DNA of 32,000 nt from Candidatus Methanoperedens sp. (GTDB taxonomy: Archaea > Halobacteriota > Methanosarcinia > Methanosarcinales > Methanoperedenaceae). The stretch lies in contig JBGQBI010000002.1 in NCBI GenBank assembly GCA_041494705.1, positions 416,501-448,500 of the forward strand. Reading direction: 5' to 3'. A program made the position numbers and the translations under genes. The stretch's first letter is position 1, and every line of letters starts with the position of its first letter. Of this stretch, positions 15,406-23,395 are shown in pieces. The notes under the pieces were generated by a model. The model was given only the letters and a program-made list of their open reading frames with translations. It searched no databases and was not told the DNA's origin.

Positions 15406-16614
15406 TCAGAAGTCGAATAATGATTTCTGCGGTTCGCAATTATTTTTATTCATCGGCTGGGCGGATAATTCAACACGACCGTACTGACCCCCGCCGCCTG
15501 GATGTACTTTCACTTTCCCTTCCCTGAAAGCGATTATTGCATTGATAACGCGTTCGTTCACTCCGGAATTTTTGATATCGGCATCAACGAGCACACCAAC
15601 TTCATTGCCGTATCGTTCGATAAGCGTGTTCCAGATGCTCTGCACACCCTTCGTATTGGTGCCGGCTGTTCCAAGAGCCATTGCGATTATCTCGGATAAA
15701 GGTATCAAATGAAGGTATGGTGGCCTGTGAGCCGGATGCATCGGCTTATCGTATGCAGCAAGTTCATTGACCCTGTCTTTCACGCCTTTTTTAATAGTTC
15801 CTCCGCACGAGCAAGTCCAGCTTTTTATAATGCTTTCCCGTAACGTATAATGCCTGTAACACCGGATGCAGGCGCTCTCGTTATATTTCCCTTCTTCGGG
15901 AGGTATGCCGACATTGAGAACTGGCTTTCGTCCCTTCTCCCGGATTATAGCCATTTTTAATTCATCGAAACTTATGTCTTCCATCTCGAAGCGGGTGAAC
16001 TCCCTGGCAAGTTTATTCACATAAGGGGAATGGGCATCCGAATTTGTAAGAAAAGTGAGGCAGGAAAGCTCGGAAATCCTGTCTGCGTATGATGTATCCG
16101 CGCTCAGGCCAAGTTCCAAAAAATAAATTTTGTCTGCCATGTCCCCATAGCAATCCTTAAGCGAATTATGGTATGCGTACATGGCAGTCCAGGGCGTGAA
16201 GGCATGCGCGGGCCCGATGAGCGCACCGGCATCATGAGCAGCCTGTGCAATCTCCACGCCATTTAGCCTAACATTCGGCCTGCCGTTAGAATCGATATCC
16301 TTTGAGCGGGGTTTCATGAACTCGTATAATTCCTGCGCTTTTGATATTGAAGGAATAATCAGGAGGTGGTGCACCTGGTTTATATCCTCGACCTCGGTTG
16401 TCAATATGAATCTTGTATCGTTCAGTTTGAAAACCCCCTTTTCTTCCTTTAGCTTCTTTATTTCAGCAAGCCACATGGGGTGCAGGCAGTCGCCCGTGGC
16501 AACAAGCTGGATACCCTTCTTTCGTGATTCTTCAGCAAGGGTGGGCAGGTCCATTTTCGGGGAGGTCGCCATGCTGTATTTTGAGTGGATATGGAGGTCG
16601 GCGTTTACTTGCAT
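15406..16614 (-). CDS. PHP-domain protein, endonuclease Q (EndoQ)-like
   Basis: 402 aa. The N-terminus has a PHP metal motif (ADLHIHSKYSMATS), followed by GTGDCLHPMW and an internal Cys cluster (CIRC..CSCGG). It resembles the archaeal TIGR00375/EndoQ family from memory, with no search run. Confidence 0.6.
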   Translation of the reverse strand: MQVNADLHIHSKYSMATSPKMDLPTLAEESRKKGIQLVATGDCLHPMWLAEIKKLKEEKGVFKLNDTRFILTTEVEDINQVHHLLIIPSISKAQELYEFMKPRSKDIDSNGRPNVRLNGVEIAQAAHDAGALIGPAHAFTPWTAMYAYHNSLKDCYGDMADKIYFLELGLSADTSYADRISELSCLTFLTNSDAHSPYVNKLAREFTRFEMEDISFDELKMAIIREKGRKPVLNVGIPPEEGKYNESACIRCYRHYTLRESIIKSWTCSCGGTIKKGVKDRVNELAAYDKPMHPAHRPPYLHLIPLSEIIAMALGTAGTNTKGVQSIWNTLIERYGNEVGVLVDADIKNSGVNERVINAIIAFREGKVKVHPGGGGQYGRVELSAQPMNKNNCEPQKSLFDF

Positions 16615-16696
16615 GATGGGAGTAATCGACTGGATGGCATATAGGGATTGCGTTATTAGAATAATGTATTTCTACTTTAATGCCCAACATTGATTG

Positions 16697-17038
16697 ATGA
16701 AAGAAAAGAAAAAGTTGATATTCTGGTCTTTGTTGCTTATTATATTAGCCCTTTTAATCATCATGTCCGCTGTCAGGACCATCCATAGATATGAAACATG
16801 GAAAGAGCACAGGGAATACCTGAAAAGCGGTAACAAAACCATAGAGGACTGGATGACTGTCAATCTCATTGTTAATAGAAGCGGCATCCCAAAAGAGCTT
16901 GTCTATAATGAGCTCGGGATTAAGGAATCATTTACAAATGACAGGAAACACCTAAGTTTACTCTGCCAGGAAAACAACCTTAACTGCACACAGGTGGTTG
17001 CGAGATTGAACAGTATAGCAGGAAAAAAGGGACAATAA
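16697..17038 (+). CDS. hypothetical N-terminally anchored small protein
   Basis: About 113 aa with a single N-terminal TM helix (LIFWSLLLIILALLIIMSAV). The track start at 16694 is a TTG and the ATG is at 16697. Confidence 0.45.
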   Translation: MKEKKKLIFWSLLLIILALLIIMSAVRTIHRYETWKEHREYLKSGNKTIEDWMTVNLIVNRSGIPKELVYNELGIKESFTNDRKHLSLLCQENNLNCTQVVARLNSIAGKKGQ

Positions 17039-17041
17039 AGT

Positions 17042-17602
17042 ATGGATTTATCCTCGAATCTGCCTATTTTCTTTTTTATCATAGCTCTTATATCACCGTT
17101 TGGCATCCCGCTTGGGGCAACATTTGTCATCATAGCGGCCGGCTCGCTGTCGGGTACGATTGAAGATTACTTTTTCAGCGTATCCCTGATATTTTTCGGG
17201 TTGGTCGTGGGAGACATTGCAGCATATTCTACTGCATCACATTTTGAGAAGTTTTTCGCTGAAAAATTGCAAAAGAACGAAAAATTCGAAAAAAAATTTG
17301 AATCAGGAAAAGATTTATTTAATAAATATGGAGTGTGGGGCCTATTCCTGGGCCGTTTTGTATTGCTTGGATTCGGCGCGCCTTTAAACTACATCTCAGG
17401 ATTCAGCAAATACTCGTTTAGGAAATTTCTTGCTTATTCAGCATCAGGTGAGTTCCTGTACGTTTCAATTTACGCCTATATCGGCTTTGTTTTCAAAGAT
17501 AGCTGGGAATCGTTATACGACATAATAATTGAGTTCCCTTACCTCATACTGTTCATTCTTTTGGCAATATTTGCTTATTACCAGTTGAAACGATATCTTT
17601 AG
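17042..17602 (+). CDS. DedA/VTT-domain family membrane protein (tentative)
   Basis: 186 aa with multiple TM segments, a GIPLGATFVIIAAG start, and LGRFVLLGFGAPLNYISG resembling the DedA re-entrant loop region. Confidence 0.5.
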   Translation: MDLSSNLPIFFFIIALISPFGIPLGATFVIIAAGSLSGTIEDYFFSVSLIFFGLVVGDIAAYSTASHFEKFFAEKLQKNEKFEKKFESGKDLFNKYGVWGLFLGRFVLLGFGAPLNYISGFSKYSFRKFLAYSASGEFLYVSIYAYIGFVFKDSWESLYDIIIEFPYLILFILLAIFAYYQLKRYL

Positions 17603-17618
17603 CCGATTGTTTGCAGTA

Positions 17619-17876
17619 TTATCCGTTCCCTTTCCTTATCAAAAAATGATAATGGTCGCCTTCCTTGAACAATTTCAAGAACTGGTGTCCCGCCCTCTTG
17701 GCCCAGCGGGGAATATCCTGGACTGCTGCCGGGTCATCGGTGACCATTTCCAGAACCTGCCCAACTTCTATGGTTTCCATTTCCTGTGTGGTATTAAATA
17801 TCGGAATCGGGCAGTAGAGTCCAACGCAATCAAGAAATTTGTCCGGTTTGATTTTTTCTTTTTCTTCTTCGCTCAT
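17619..17876 (-). CDS. TusA/SirA-like sulfur carrier protein
   Basis: 85 aa with LDCVGLYCPIPI (the conserved CPxP Cys motif) followed by the VLEMVTDDPAAVQDIPRWAKRAGH pattern. Confidence 0.8.
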   Translation of the reverse strand: MSEEEKEKIKPDKFLDCVGLYCPIPIFNTTQEMETIEVGQVLEMVTDDPAAVQDIPRWAKRAGHQFLKLFKEGDHYHFLIRKGNG

Positions 17877-17880
17877 TTAA

Positions 17881-18414
17881 TCAACTTTTTCTACCGTGCT
17901 TTTCGTAAAATATCATGTCCTTAAGTTTTTTCCTGGAACTTTCATCGTGTTTGGGCGGTGTCATTTCAGGATATCCAACCGGGATAACCGTCAATACGAA
18001 ATACGTCCCAGGCACTTTCAGGAGCTCGCTGACTTTCTCCCTTTCTATACTCACCCAGCAAGTGCCGATTCCCAGTTCCCATGCCGCAAGCATCATATTC
18101 TGCACCGCCATTGCCGCGGCGTACCTGGGTTCGCCTATACTATTAATCCATGAAAATTTCCCGTCTATTTGGGGCACAACAACAGCAACTGCCATGGGTG
18201 CATTCTCAAGGTAACCTGAATACCTTGCATGTCTGGCAATGGATTTCAGGGTTTCTTTATCCTTGATTATTATGAATTCCCATGGCTGGGTATTGAACGG
18301 ACTGGGCGCCCATCTTGCAGCTTCCAGTATCTTTAAAAGAATATCGTCAGGTATGATATCAGGCTTGAACTGGCGGACTACGCTTCTGTTCCTGATTGCT
18401 TCGAATACATCCAT
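17881..18414 (-). CDS. nitroreductase family protein
   Basis: 177 aa with IRNRSVVRQF, ILEAARWAPSPFNTQPWEFIII and AMAVQNMMLAAWELGIGTCW. Confidence 0.85.
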   Translation of the reverse strand: MDVFEAIRNRSVVRQFKPDIIPDDILLKILEAARWAPSPFNTQPWEFIIIKDKETLKSIARHARYSGYLENAPMAVAVVVPQIDGKFSWINSIGEPRYAAAMAVQNMMLAAWELGIGTCWVSIEREKVSELLKVPGTYFVLTVIPVGYPEMTPPKHDESSRKKLKDMIFYEKHGRKS

Positions 18415-18448
18415 GCTTTCCCTTGATTAAGCTTGAGCCCAAAAGCAT

Positions 18449-19252
18449 TTAATCCTTTTGGTGAATCCCCAGCACATCAGCCATCTCATATACGCCAGGC
18501 TTTGCCGAACAAATCCAGATAGCCGCTCTCACAGCCCCTTTTGCGAAAGCCTGCCTGCTATGCGCCTGGTGCTTGATTTCGATGCGCTCACCGTCGCCTG
18601 CGAATAATACCGTATGGTCGCCCACAATATCGCCGCCGCGTACTGCATGTATCCCGATTTCCTGCTTTCGGGGTGAAAGACCATGCCTGCCGTATACAAG
18701 CTCTTTCCCTCCGAGCGTCTTTGAAATAACTTCCGCTGCTTTCACGGCTGTACCGCTTGGCGCATCCTTTTTCTGGTTATGGTGGGCTTCTATTATTTCG
18801 ATATCATAATCTGAAAGGCTCTTTGCAGCCTCGGCAAGAAGACCCCAGAAGACATTTACACCAATTGAGAAGTTGGGTGAAATAACCGCCGCAACTCCAT
18901 TTTCTTTGATTGCCTTTTCCATGAGCGATTTCTGTTCAGGGGTGAAACCCGTAGTCCCGACAACCAGATTGACCTTCTTACCTGCGCTTGCAATTACGTT
19001 CTTCACGGCTGCATTAGCTATTGTAAAATCAATAAGCACATCGGGTTTTGACCTGTCAAGGGCTGCATCGATTTTATCTGCATCCTCGATCTGGACATTT
19101 AGTTTGCCTGTCCTCATCACTTCGCCAATGTCTTTTCCAATATTAGTTACATCCAGGGCGCATACAAGTTTCAAATCCTTTGATTTCAGGATATTTTCGA
19201 TAATAAGCCCGCCCATTCTCCCGCAGGCGCCGGTGACCGCTATTTTTATCAT
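18449..19252 (-). CDS. dapB: 4-hydroxy-tetrahydrodipicolinate reductase
   Basis: 267 aa with MIKIAVTGACGRMG, GTTGF and IIEAHHNQKKDAPSGTA. Confidence 0.95.
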   Translation of the reverse strand: MIKIAVTGACGRMGGLIIENILKSKDLKLVCALDVTNIGKDIGEVMRTGKLNVQIEDADKIDAALDRSKPDVLIDFTIANAAVKNVIASAGKKVNLVVGTTGFTPEQKSLMEKAIKENGVAAVISPNFSIGVNVFWGLLAEAAKSLSDYDIEIIEAHHNQKKDAPSGTAVKAAEVISKTLGGKELVYGRHGLSPRKQEIGIHAVRGGDIVGDHTVLFAGDGERIEIKHQAHSRQAFAKGAVRAAIWICSAKPGVYEMADVLGIHQKD

Positions 19253-19447
19253 AAAGGGTTACGCCCCTTTAGGACATCCCGAGTCACGCCTCGGGAGGGC
19301 GTGTCCGGGTATGGCGCGCCATACCCGTCGTTTGAAAAGCGACACCTCGCTTTATGCGGTATCCACGTATGCCTGTGGGCATACGTGTCTGCGAAGTAAA
19401 GCGGCGCAACGGTTTTTGATAAAACTTTTCCAAAGTTTTTCATAAGC
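19250..19447 (-). repeat. mosaic hairpin element, copy B (H7-H5-H1-H2-H4-H3 read on the minus strand) filling the entire dapA-dapB spacer
   Basis: H3 is TAAAGGG/CCCTTTA (19252-19271). H4 is TCCCGAG/CTCGGGA (19277-19296). H2 is the 22-nt perfect palindrome CGGGTATGGCGCGCCATACCCG (19306-19327). H1 is AAAGCGA-cacc-TCGCTTT (19336-19353). H5 is CACGTATGCC-tgtg-GGCATACGTG (19364-19387). H7 is AAAACTTT-tcc-AAAGTTTT (19421-19439). The dapB ATG (19252-19250) lies next to the H3 stem. Confidence 0.85.
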
Positions 19448-19450
19448 AAC

Positions 19451-20326
19451 TCACTTTATCAGATGAAGGTTATCCAATGCGGCTTTTAGCTTTCTTTCGT
19501 TATCTTCGCTTATTGAGGCAAGCGGAAGCCGCAGGTGCCCGGCCGGGAATCCGATAAGCTCGACCGCCTTTTTGATGGGAATAGGATTGGTCTCCAGAAA
19601 TACCGCGCGAATAAGAGGAGCCAGGGCAAGATGCAGTCTTCGTGCTTCATCCAAATCTCCTCTTTGGAACGCTTCGACCATGGAAACCGTGAGCTTCGGG
19701 GCGACATTAGCGACAACAGAAATTACACCAGCGCCGCCCAGCGCCATTATGGGAAGCGTCAGGCCGTCATCGCCAGACAGGATAACAAAATCCTCATCCT
19801 GCGTCATCTCGATAATACGTGTAACCTGGTCAAGATTGCCGCTTGCTTCTTTTATCCCAACTATATTGCTTTCTTTTGCCAATTCAGCGACAATTTCAGG
19901 CTTGAGATTGATACCTGTCCGCGAAGGGACGTTATACATTATCATGGGTATGTCAACCTCGTTTGCAATCTTCTTGAAATGAGCAAGCATCCCGCGGTCA
20001 TTGGGTTTGTTATAATAAGGAGTTATTAAAAGAGCCGCATCCGCTCCTGCATCTTTTGCGAATCTTGTAAGCTCTATTGCCTCTGTCGTATTATTCGAGC
20101 CCGTGCCTGCTACGACAGGAACAGTCGAACACTCAACAGCAATTTCAATGACATGTTCATGTTCCTCGATAGAAAGGGTTGCCGATTCCCCGGTAGTCCC
20201 GCATGGAACGATGCCTGAAACGCCGTTTTCAATTAAAAATCCGATATTCTGCTTAAAGCCCTGTTTATCTATCTTATTATCCTTTGTGAAAGGAGTTATA
20301 AGGGCAGGCAGAACACCTTCAATCAT
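19451..20326 (-). CDS. dapA: 4-hydroxy-tetrahydrodipicolinate synthase
   Basis: MIEGVLPALITPF..GTTGESATLS..YNVPSRTG. The track ORF is extended 22 codons upstream from a TTG at 20392 through the repeat element. I prefer the ATG at 20326. Confidence 0.95.
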   Translation of the reverse strand: MIEGVLPALITPFTKDNKIDKQGFKQNIGFLIENGVSGIVPCGTTGESATLSIEEHEHVIEIAVECSTVPVVAGTGSNNTTEAIELTRFAKDAGADAALLITPYYNKPNDRGMLAHFKKIANEVDIPMIMYNVPSRTGINLKPEIVAELAKESNIVGIKEASGNLDQVTRIIEMTQDEDFVILSGDDGLTLPIMALGGAGVISVVANVAPKLTVSMVEAFQRGDLDEARRLHLALAPLIRAVFLETNPIPIKKAVELIGFPAGHLRLPLASISEDNERKLKAALDNLHLIK

Positions 20327-20403
20327 AAAGCGATACCTCACTTTATGCGGTCTGGGGTATGCTTCGCATACCCCTCGTTTGATACTTTCCAAAGTATTCC
20401 ATA
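20327..20403 (-). repeat. mosaic hairpin element, copy D (H7'-H2-H1) filling the rps17e-dapA spacer
   Basis: Plus-strand coordinates. H1 is CATAAAGCGA-tacc-TCACTTTATG (20324-20347) and includes the dapA start codon. H2 is GGGGTATGC-ttc-GCATACCCC (20354-20374). H7' is ATACTTT-cc-AAAGTAT (20382-20397). Confidence 0.85.
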
Positions 20404-20407
20404 GTCC

Positions 20408-20608
20408 CTATCTCTTTCTGATAGCTTTTACTCTTAACTGGCGTACTATGTATCCTGCAACGCGGTTCCTTATTCCCTTGGCCTCTACGGTGGTATATTT
20501 AGTGACGTACTCTTTGTTCTGGTTAAAGTCCGTGGTGAAAATGTCACTATGCTCTTCAAGTAACTGGTGTCCCAATGATTTGATGTATCCGGGTCTAATA
20601 TTTCCCAT
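20408..20608 (-). CDS. rps17e: 30S ribosomal protein S17e
   Basis: MGNIRPGYIKSLGHQLLEEH...NRVAGYIVRQLR matches archaeal/eukaryotic S17e. The ATG at 20608 is preferred to the longer track ORF. Confidence 0.9.
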   Translation of the reverse strand: MGNIRPGYIKSLGHQLLEEHSDIFTTDFNQNKEYVTKYTTVEAKGIRNRVAGYIVRQLRVKAIRKR

Positions 20609-20728
20609 AATTATTCTCCATTTTGGTGTGCATACAACTCCATCATTCATATAGATTTCTGGGGATGCATCGTGCGGCTAAGCCAATAGAACCACAGATT
20701 TATTTTATCTGAAACCTATTTTGCTATA

Positions 20729-21514
20729 ATGAAAAGAATACTTTTGACCAACGACGACGGGGTATATTCAACAGGTCTTAAAGCGGCGTATGAAAGCGTG
20801 AGCGACCTCGGAGAAGTTACCGTAGTTGCGCCGTCCACTCAAAAAAGCGGCGTTGGACGCGGGATATCTATCTTTGAGCCGCTGCGCGTATCGCTTGCTA
20901 ACGTGAATGGTTTCAAAGCCTATGCAGTGGCAGGAACTCCTACGGATTCGGTCATCCTTGGCTTGTTCTCTATAATGAAAGAGACGCCTGACCTTGTGCT
21001 TTCAGGTTTCAACGTAGGCGAGAACATAAGCACAGACACGGTTACTACAAGCGGTACAATCGGGGCTGCGCTTGAGGCTGCAAGCTACGGCATTCCCGCG
21101 ATTGCCGCATCCATACAGGTACTGGACGAAGGGGACAAGTTCGACGACCACCGCGCATACATTTATGACTTTGAGGTCGGGATTAAAATCGTAAACCGGA
21201 TAGCCAGGAACGTTATGAGCAGAGGGCTTCCTGATGGTGTGGATTTGCTCAATGTCAATATACCGACGCATGCGACCATGGATACAGAGATAGATGTTAC
21301 AAGGCTTGCAAAAAAGATATTCATAACAGGCGTGGAGGAGCGCCATGACCCGAGAGGCAGGCCGTATTACTGGATAAACGGTGATTTGATAAGGGATGCG
21401 GAGGAGGGGACGGATGTCAGGGCTGTAATGAAAAAAGGGCATATCTCTGTAACGCCGCTGTCTCTTGATTCGACCGCGCGGGTGGATTTTAAGGAGATAG
21501 ATGCTTTATTATGA
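20729..21514 (+). CDS. surE: 5'/3'-nucleotidase SurE
   Basis: MKRILLTNDDGVYSTGL, GTPTDSV, SGFNVGEN and YSGTVGAA-like TSGTIGAALE. Confidence 0.9.
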   Translation: MKRILLTNDDGVYSTGLKAAYESVSDLGEVTVVAPSTQKSGVGRGISIFEPLRVSLANVNGFKAYAVAGTPTDSVILGLFSIMKETPDLVLSGFNVGENISTDTVTTSGTIGAALEAASYGIPAIAASIQVLDEGDKFDDHRAYIYDFEVGIKIVNRIARNVMSRGLPDGVDLLNVNIPTHATMDTEIDVTRLAKKIFITGVEERHDPRGRPYYWINGDLIRDAEEGTDVRAVMKKGHISVTPLSLDSTARVDFKEIDALL

Positions 21515-21564
21515 ATTATGGAATGATTTAATATCCCCGAGGTCTATAATCAGGCAGATAAGTC

Positions 21565-22026
21565 ATGATAATAAACTTCCAGCTTACCAACGTGGAATCC
21601 AAGGCATATACCACGACCGAGGATGTGCGGAAATACAAGAACATCAATATCAATTATGACGTGAATCTTAAAAACCCCTCGATTGTAGTGCAGCATACGC
21701 CTCTTGGTGAAAAATCGGTGCTGAGGGTGGAGTACACTTTTGCCATCAATTACCTGAGCCCGAATATCGGTCACATAAGGTTTGAGGGTTTGTCCGATTA
21801 TTACAGCGAGGAAGACCTGAAAGCCCTGAAGGAGAAATGGGATTCTGGGAATGCGCCGGGCGATGTGCAGAACGAGATTGCAAATACCATGGTGGCGAAT
21901 CTTGCGCCGCTGGCATTGATGCTTTCAAAAGCGCTCGGGCTTCCGCCTTCGATGCCTGTTCCTGTGATTAATTTCCAGCAGGCTCAGCAGAAGAAAAAGG
22001 AAGAGCCGACGTATTATCACGGGTAG
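21565..22026 (+). CDS. hypothetical protein (weak SecB-like resemblance)
   Basis: 153-aa ORF. The beta-rich N-half and the C-terminus ...NLAPLALMLSKALGLPPSMPVPVINFQ loosely recall SecB-family chaperones. This is from memory only. Confidence 0.4.
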   Translation: MIINFQLTNVESKAYTTTEDVRKYKNININYDVNLKNPSIVVQHTPLGEKSVLRVEYTFAINYLSPNIGHIRFEGLSDYYSEEDLKALKEKWDSGNAPGDVQNEIANTMVANLAPLALMLSKALGLPPSMPVPVINFQQAQQKKKEEPTYYHG

Positions 22027-22332
22027 GGCAGCGTCTATTTTTTAGTATAGGCTTTTCTGGAGGATGGATTGGTTACAATCCGGTTCCAATCTTAAAATAG
22101 CACTCAAAAATCAACATATAATTATAATTTTTGTTTATACAATGATAGATGATTTTTTCGATTGATTACCTCTACCTATTTTTATATTTTTATATTAGAT
22201 TTCAATAATTAAAAACGATAGCAGTAAAAATTTATAGTAAGTTTTAAATACTATATGGTATTATATGACAATAATATTTCACAGGAGGAAATATTAGTAT
22301 CTATCGATTTATCTGAAAAGGGTGAAAATATT

Positions 22333-22770
22333 ATGAAAAAGGGAATATTTGTACTATCGATGATTTTAGTGGCTGTATTGATTGCTGGTTGCGTAGGAAA
22401 AGGTCCTGTAAGTCTTGATTTAGACAAAACAAGTGTGACCGTCAATAAGAATAATAACAACACTTCTGAACTTATTACAGCAACAATAACCAGAAATGAC
22501 AATGATAATAGAGATGCCAGTTTTGTATTAAAGTTTCCAGATGAAAAGAATAGTGTTTATCCAGTTGATAGTAGTAACGGTAGTAGAATAAAAGAATTAC
22601 GAACCAGATCACTAAAAGGGGAAAATTCAAAAGATATCCGACAATTTAAGATATACGGTAATAAAGGTGAGGCAGATAAATCAGATTTCAATTTAAAAAT
22701 TGAACTTTGGTGGGATAATAATACAAAAATAGCTGACCAGGACAAAATACTTACAATTACAGTCGAGTAA
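22333..22770 (+). CDS. small secreted lipoprotein, low-GC islet
   Basis: Internal ATG at 22333 preceded by GGTGA. Signal plus lipobox MKKGIFVLSMILVAVLIAGC. The mature part is Asn/Asp/Lys-rich. Confidence 0.55.
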   Translation: MKKGIFVLSMILVAVLIAGCVGKGPVSLDLDKTSVTVNKNNNNTSELITATITRNDNDNRDASFVLKFPDEKNSVYPVDSSNGSRIKELRTRSLKGENSKDIRQFKIYGNKGEADKSDFNLKIELWWDNNTKIADQDKILTITVE

Positions 22771-22877
22771 TCCTTGCCCTTGCCAATGAGCAGGGTTTGG
22801 ATTTCTCCCCTTTGTTTTAAGGATTTTCTTTAAAAAAAATACTGTAACGCTTCAAATCGTGTTTAAATCTGTTTCCA

Positions 22878-23120
22878 TTATTTTCCCGAAAAGACTTTGA
22901 GTCCAACTTTTCCTAAATATGCAACAAGCCCCAAGATAAACAATATTACACCAATAATTATTCTGGTTTCATTGACCTCTGAAACACCTGTAGCCGTTAT
23001 TGGGCCTGCTGTAAGCGTCGCCAACGCCAAACCCGACATGGGAAGAGCTGACAGGATTGCTGCGACACCGGCTATCATTACAATCATCCCGAATATTTTT
23101 AGTGGGTCTCTCTTTGTCAT
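22878..23120 (-). CDS. small two-TM membrane protein
   Basis: About 80 aa with two hydrophobic helices (IFGMIVMIAGVAAILSAL, IIIGVILFILGLVAYL). The track start is a TTG and the ATG is at 23120. Confidence 0.4.
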   Translation of the reverse strand: MTKRDPLKIFGMIVMIAGVAAILSALPMSGLALATLTAGPITATGVSEVNETRIIIGVILFILGLVAYLGKVGLKVFSGK

Positions 23121-23395
23121 ACCAACCAAATAAACTAGTTTTACTTCTATTTAAAAGCTTTTGTCATCCTTTTCCATGTTCGTATGGATAAAAAATATCT
23201 ACCGTCTGCATCCGCTTTTCTTCTTGAACCGCCCTTTTTATTTCTCTGACACTGGCGCTTCCTAGGTCTGCGCTTATGCGCCTTTCCCTCGGTTTAAACC
23301 ACAAATTATAAAAGAGCCTGTGCTGAATATGAAAAAAGTTTTATTCAGGCTTTTGGTGGCCTTGAAATAAAATATGTTTAGGAGGAAAAATAACA

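Noticed and set aside
19250-19447. Lysine riboswitch (L-box) between dapA and dapB, or a CRISPR-like array
   Set aside because: I could not recognise the L-box multi-helix junction or its conserved core. The element is a linear chain of short perfect hairpins that also occurs before argH. It is not CRISPR, because the modules differ from each other and have no regular repeat-spacer periodicity and no cas genes.
19249-19449. 66-aa minus-strand ORF annotated as a stand-alone protein-coding gene
   Set aside because: The sequence is composed entirely of palindromic repeat modules shared with non-homologous contexts. I keep it only as a possible leader ORF hypothesis (see findings), not as a gene call.
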